A stretch of DNA of 63,641 bases, filler included, from Octopus bimaculoides (taxonomy: Eukaryota), in NCBI RefSeq assembly GCF_001194135.2. It is 7 parts of 6 records of this genome, joined end to end, with 100 filler letters (N's around TTAATTAATTAA, not from the genome) between each part and the next. Parts side by side here need not be neighbours in the genome. Positions count along the whole stretch, not along the records: positions 62,093 to 63,641 come from NC_068983.1; 6 more parts are not named here. One strand, 5' to 3'. Below are positions 63,390-63,641 of the stretch, in pieces. How positions within the stretch are numbered: the stretch's first letter is position 1; each line of letters opens with the position of its first letter. The notes beneath the pieces were generated by a model. It was not told the origin of the DNA and did no database searches. It worked only from the letters and a program-made list of their open reading frames with translations. The position numbers were made by a program, and so were the translations under genes.

Positions 63390-63641
63390 ATCTTCTTCCT
63401 TTCCTACACCTTCTTCTTCTTCTTCTTCTTCTTCTTCTTCTTCTTCTTCTTCTTCTTCTTCTTCTTCTTCTTCTTCTTCGTCTTCTTCTTCTACTTCTTC
63501 TCTTTCTTCTTCTTCTTCTTCTTCTTCGTCTTCTTCTTCTTCTTCTTCTTCTTCTTCTTCTTCTTCTTCTTCTTCGTCTTCTTCTTCTTCTTCTTCTTCT
63601 TCTTCTTCTCCATCTTCTTCCTCTTCTTCTTCTTCTTCTTC
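63390..63641. repeat. Long imperfect (TTC)n / (GAA)n tract running off the window end
   Basis: Direct reading. Confidence 0.98.

Overview
AT-rich animal genomic DNA with very high microsatellite density and many assembly gaps. The SINE families, microsatellite load and repeat spectrum point to a cephalopod, probably Octopus; this is inference from pattern recognition, not a database search. No intact protein-coding gene is recognisable, and the window reads as intronic or intergenic. It holds decayed retroelements: four pieces of one APE+RT (CR1/L2-like) LINE family, Penelope-like elements (one keeps an intact YVDD motif and a GIY-YIG domain), RTE fragments, and about 15 copies of tRNA-derived SINEs from three families. 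DNA-transposon content includes a DDxD Tc1/mariner relic and a complete 91-bp non-autonomous Helitron. The most interesting unexplained signals are: (i) a decayed HDV-like ribozyme fold at a repeat junction (56.1 kb); (ii) minimal hammerhead-like motifs typical of Penelope termini; (iii) a ~140-bp palindrome (31.1 kb); (iv) a ~390-bp foldback element whose arms each carry a CTCF-like motif (43.0-43.4 kb); (v) a head-to-head foldback of a LINE endonuclease segment around a (TA)n tract (18.0-18.5 kb); and (vi) several short candidate exons, including a phase-compatible + strand chain at 46.6-56.6 kb. Most ORFs in the supplied track are microsatellite or N-gap artefacts. I see no well-supported novel multi-gene system. 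All alignments and folds were done by eye.
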